The notes beneath the pieces were generated by a model. The model did no database searches. It worked only from the letters and a program-made list of their open reading frames with translations, and was not told the origin of the DNA. Shown here piece after piece: positions 38,601 to 41,475 of a DNA stretch of 41,475 nt (position 1 is its first letter; every line of letters begins with the position of its first letter). Where the stretch lies: positions 1-41,475 of the forward strand of contig MEDY01000276.1 in the NCBI GenBank assembly GCA_001724265.1, written 5' to 3'. The position numbers were made by a program, and so were the translations under genes. This DNA is from Rhizaria sp. SCN 62-66 (lineage: Eukaryota).

Positions 38601-41339
38601 TTGAGTAACTTCGACGTCGTTGAGCACGCACGTGCACGTTTTTGCTGTGACCTTCCTTTGCCTGCGCCCCCACCTCAGCGCCCGCTGCCTCCTCTCCTTA
38701 CAGGTCGTTCGGTTGCCACTGAGGGCTTGCCCGGCGCAACGGCGGTATCCGTCCTCGACTCACTGGCACAGGCGCGCACACCAGAGCCCGACGACGCACA
38801 TTTCGACAGCTTTGGTGGCGCTAGCCCTGTGAAGCCTGTTGCAGCCCGGCGTGGTGCACTCTTTGACGAAGAGCTGAACTACTTTGCCGACACCGACGCG
38901 GGGGATGAGGAAGATAAGGAACGTGGACTTTGGCCGACCAGTGACGCTGAAACTGACGCTGAAAGCGAAGTTGAGGGCGTTGGCGTCGATGATTCACCTG
39001 CAGTCACAACTAACTTTGATGGCAACGCTGCAATTGTCTTCGCAACCGACGTCGATCCGCCGTCCCAGTCACACTCGCCGTTATCAGTAACACCGCGCAC
39101 ACCGCTACCGTCATTGATCTTGCAACGTTTTGTTACGCACGTGGCAGCGTTGTTCTTGTGTGACTTGCCGACCACTTTGACTCCATATGCTGCGCTGATA
39201 GCGCAACCTTTGTCGCGAATGGACCACTTCTTCCCTGCTGCCAATCCCGTAGTGCTTGACATTGCGACAACTGTGGGACCAGTGAGTAGTACTGCTACGA
39301 TGAAGAGTCCGACTAGTAAGTTTAAGATGCCGCAAATTAAGCCGGGGCACTCGGTTACAGCAGGGAGTGAGTTGGTCCCATCGCCTCAGAAGGCGCAACA
39401 TTAGGACGAACCCGTATCTGAAAGCTTCGCGGCGTTCAATCAGTTCTTCGCAATGTGGACACCACCTGAGGGTTCACCGCCCGCTACAACCTCTAAGCGC
39501 AACGCAACGAAGCAAAGTGCAGTGGAAACTCTAGAAAAAACGACTGGAGCTGCAGTTAAGCCGATATCCATCGACTCTGACCCGCTATGCATTGACAAAC
39601 ATGTCCGCACCCGCAGTCACGATGCTGCCGAAAATGAAGGAGAGGGTGGTTTGAGTCCTGGTGACAATGAGGGGTGCAACAATGACCAAGAGGGACTTGA
39701 GCTGTCTCATTCGTTGTCGGCGTATGGCGACTTAATAGCGCCATCTCTACTTGCTGCTGTATTTGGAGAGAGTAACACGGACGTGGCTACTGATACTGTC
39801 AACAATAATGATGATCTCGATCACTCCACCGTGACTGAGTTTACTTCCGTTGATCCCGTGCTGCTGCGGTGCCCCGTGTGCTTCTACGTTTCGAGCGTTA
39901 CATCACGTGCTGCAACCGTGATTGCGGCAATTACGAACGACGAAGAGGATGCGAACCAAGCTGCAGGTGCGGGTTCGAGCGTAACAAGCACAAACACCAC
40001 GGCGCGCTGGTGTCTGTCTTGTCATGCTTCAGCAGTTGCCATGGCTCCGGAGGCTGCTGCAAGTGTCTCGCCCAACGCACCAGTTGCCGCCGCCACACCT
40101 GTACCTGCCTTTATCATGGCTCCCCAGTCGGGCCGTGACGTGGTAGTCTCAGGCTATCATGCAGCAAGTCCGGATACTTTTGCCACTGATCAGAACGAAG
40201 AGCTCGCCCCCCGACTTACGTCACCCTACGCTTACCGTTTGTTGCGACTCCTAACAAATGCTAGTCTCTTGATTTCGGACCACATGCACCAACACAGGAG
40301 TGTGATTGCGCACGCATCTGCCGCCGTCAGTGCCAGTATGAGTGCAAACACAAGCAAGCTTGGCGCAACACCAGTGCAGACGTTGCCACAGATTGCCACC
40401 TTGGCCGTGGCCGCTGCAAAAGCTGCTGCCGAAGTTGGAGGCTCATCCGTGAGCCATGCAGGCATGTTCTTAGCCGCTGAGTCAGCATCACTTCGCGCCA
40501 CACTATGGCGCGAGATGCATCGCGATCTTGCTGCAATCTGCGCGCTGCTTTCTGCTTCATCTGTTGTTGCAGGACTTTCGCTGCACGTGTCGCTCGCCCG
40601 GTTGCGCTCCATGTTCCTCAGCGGCGCTGGGTCTGGTGGAGGTACCAGCCCTTTTGGCACAGATGCATGGCGCACAGCTCCTGGTCGCGACCGGTTTGAA
40701 GCCGCTGTTACAGCTGCTGTGCATACGCAGACGCCGCTAGACGGCGCATTACACGGGTGTGCGCATGTGGGCGCGACGACGGAGGCTGGCGCGGCTTTGC
40801 GGGGATTGACGCGTTGGTACGGCTTCGACGCTGCGCTACGCCAATGCCCGCGCTCACAACACCAGCGCCAGCGTGCACTGGTTGATTCGACCGCGGAACA
40901 TCAGGGCCGACCAGCTGAGCTTGCGGCAGCGCACCGCGCGAGGCGCCTGCTCCGTGCCACAGCGTCCGCATTAGACGCGGAGAACGTCATTCACGCACAG
41001 GCGCGACACGTGCAAACCCGCGATGCACGCGCTACGCAATCAATGGTTGCCAAGACTGCCCACGATGTTGTAACGTTAAGCGCAACTGCGGCGGCACTCG
41101 CAGATGCTGTGCATACGCCTGATGTCCGCGACGAAGATGTAAGTGATAGTGAAGACGATGACGGCGATGAAGGTGGCGACGATGGTATTCGCAGCGCAAC
41201 GTTTAACTCACTCGACAGTGTCGAATCACTGTTTGCACATGTTTTTGGAACTGCATATACGGCTGGTTCAGGAGGAAGCGTCAAAGAGAAGAAAAAGAAG
41301 AAGATTACCTCAGTCAAGAAAAATCTCAATGCTACTTAA
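14697..41339 (+). CDS. Giant ~8880-aa uncharacterised Ala/Ser/Thr/Leu-rich protein in one frame with five in-frame TAG codons
   Basis: ORFs starting at 14697, 18210, 27372, 31638, 38427 and 39453 all begin at positions divisible by 3. The first five each end in a single TAG followed by stop-free in-frame codons. ATG 14697 is the first after an in-frame TGA (14649-14651). The first non-TAG stop is TAA 41337-41339. Length is 26643 nt = 8881 codons. Confidence 0.75.
18195..18197 (+). other. In-frame TAG 1 (codon 1167)
   Basis: AGC AGG TAG CGC AAC ACT AAC TTG; STNSR*RNTNLRAL. Confidence 0.9.
27351..27353 (+). other. In-frame TAG 2 (codon 4219)
   Basis: GCT TCG TAG GAC ATT GAC AGC TAT CAT ATG; VQNAS*DIDSYHML. 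Confidence 0.9.
31611..31613 (+). other. In-frame TAG 3 (codon 5639)
   Basis: GAT GCT TAG ACT GCC GCG TTT GCG AGT ATC GTC ATG; QCDA*TAAFASIVM. Confidence 0.9.
34855..34884 (+). repeat. Perfect 15-bp tandem duplication (CAGTGACGAGTGCAA x2), frame-preserving
   Basis: Read directly from the sequence; encodes VTSAT/VTSAN. Confidence 0.85.
38418..38420 (+). other. In-frame TAG 4 (codon 7908)
   Basis: CGC TCG TAG TCA TTT GTG; KSWRS*SFVTT. Confidence 0.9.
39402..39404 (+). other. In-frame TAG 5 (codon 8236)
   Basis: CAA CAT TAG GAC GAA CCC GTA TCT GAA; KAQH*DEPVSESFAAFNQFFAMW. Confidence 0.9.
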
Positions 41340-41475
41340 AATACGCGAAGACTACACTAGACCTTTGAATTATCAAGTAACCATCGGTCCGTCGTAGGAT
41401 GGCGCGCCGACGATTTTCGCTCCGCGCGGGCCCGTCGGAAATTCCCGGAACTTTTCTTTGCCTAATAAAGACCAT

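Noticed and set aside
18195-39404. Pyrrolysine or selenocysteine insertion
   Set aside because: Selenocysteine uses UGA. Pyrrolysine is known only from archaea and bacteria, and no pyl genes or methyltransferase context are present.
167-41329. Numerous overlapping and antisense ORFs of 60-430 aa
   Set aside because: Expected shadows of GC-rich, Ala-codon-rich genes; the translations are Arg/Pro- or Ser/Ala-rich with no domains.
14697-41339. Six-gene prokaryote-like operon or polycistron
   Set aside because: Independent genes would not all share a frame and a TAG stop. There are no consistent Shine-Dalgarno motifs, the gaps are stop-free coding-like sequence, and the context is eukaryote-like.
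14697-41339. Decaying pseudogene with nonsense mutations
   Set aside because: Disfavoured but not excluded. There are no frameshifts and no TAA/TGA in 26.6 kb despite many CAA, CGA and TGG codons that could mutate to them.
41414-41445. Short inverted repeat CCGACG...CGTCGG downstream of the giant gene
   Set aside because: Only a 6-bp stem near the window edge; it cannot be assigned as a terminator, TIR or ncRNA.

Overview
This window looks like eukaryotic (probably protist) nuclear DNA. It has GC-rich, Ala-rich, apparently intron-free coding regions separated by AT-rich spacers. Contents: (1) a 5'-truncated ankyrin-repeat gene (+, 1..2559, ends TAA); (2) a convergent AT-rich spacer holding a small frameshifted GC-rich gene fragment; (3) a 3137-aa minus-strand gene (4051..13464, ends TGA) with an EF-hand-like conserved block; (4) a ~1.2 kb divergent spacer; (5) a 26.6 kb plus-strand reading frame (14697..41339). 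The ORF track splits the last into six genes. All six are in one frame, joined by five isolated in-frame TAG codons, with no TAA or TGA for 8880 codons. The simplest reading is one ~8880-aa protein in a genome where UAG is a rare sense codon (or is read through) while UGA, and probably UAA, still terminate. Short in-frame introns and pseudogenisation remain untested alternatives. No RNA genes, CRISPR arrays or recognisable mobile elements were seen.
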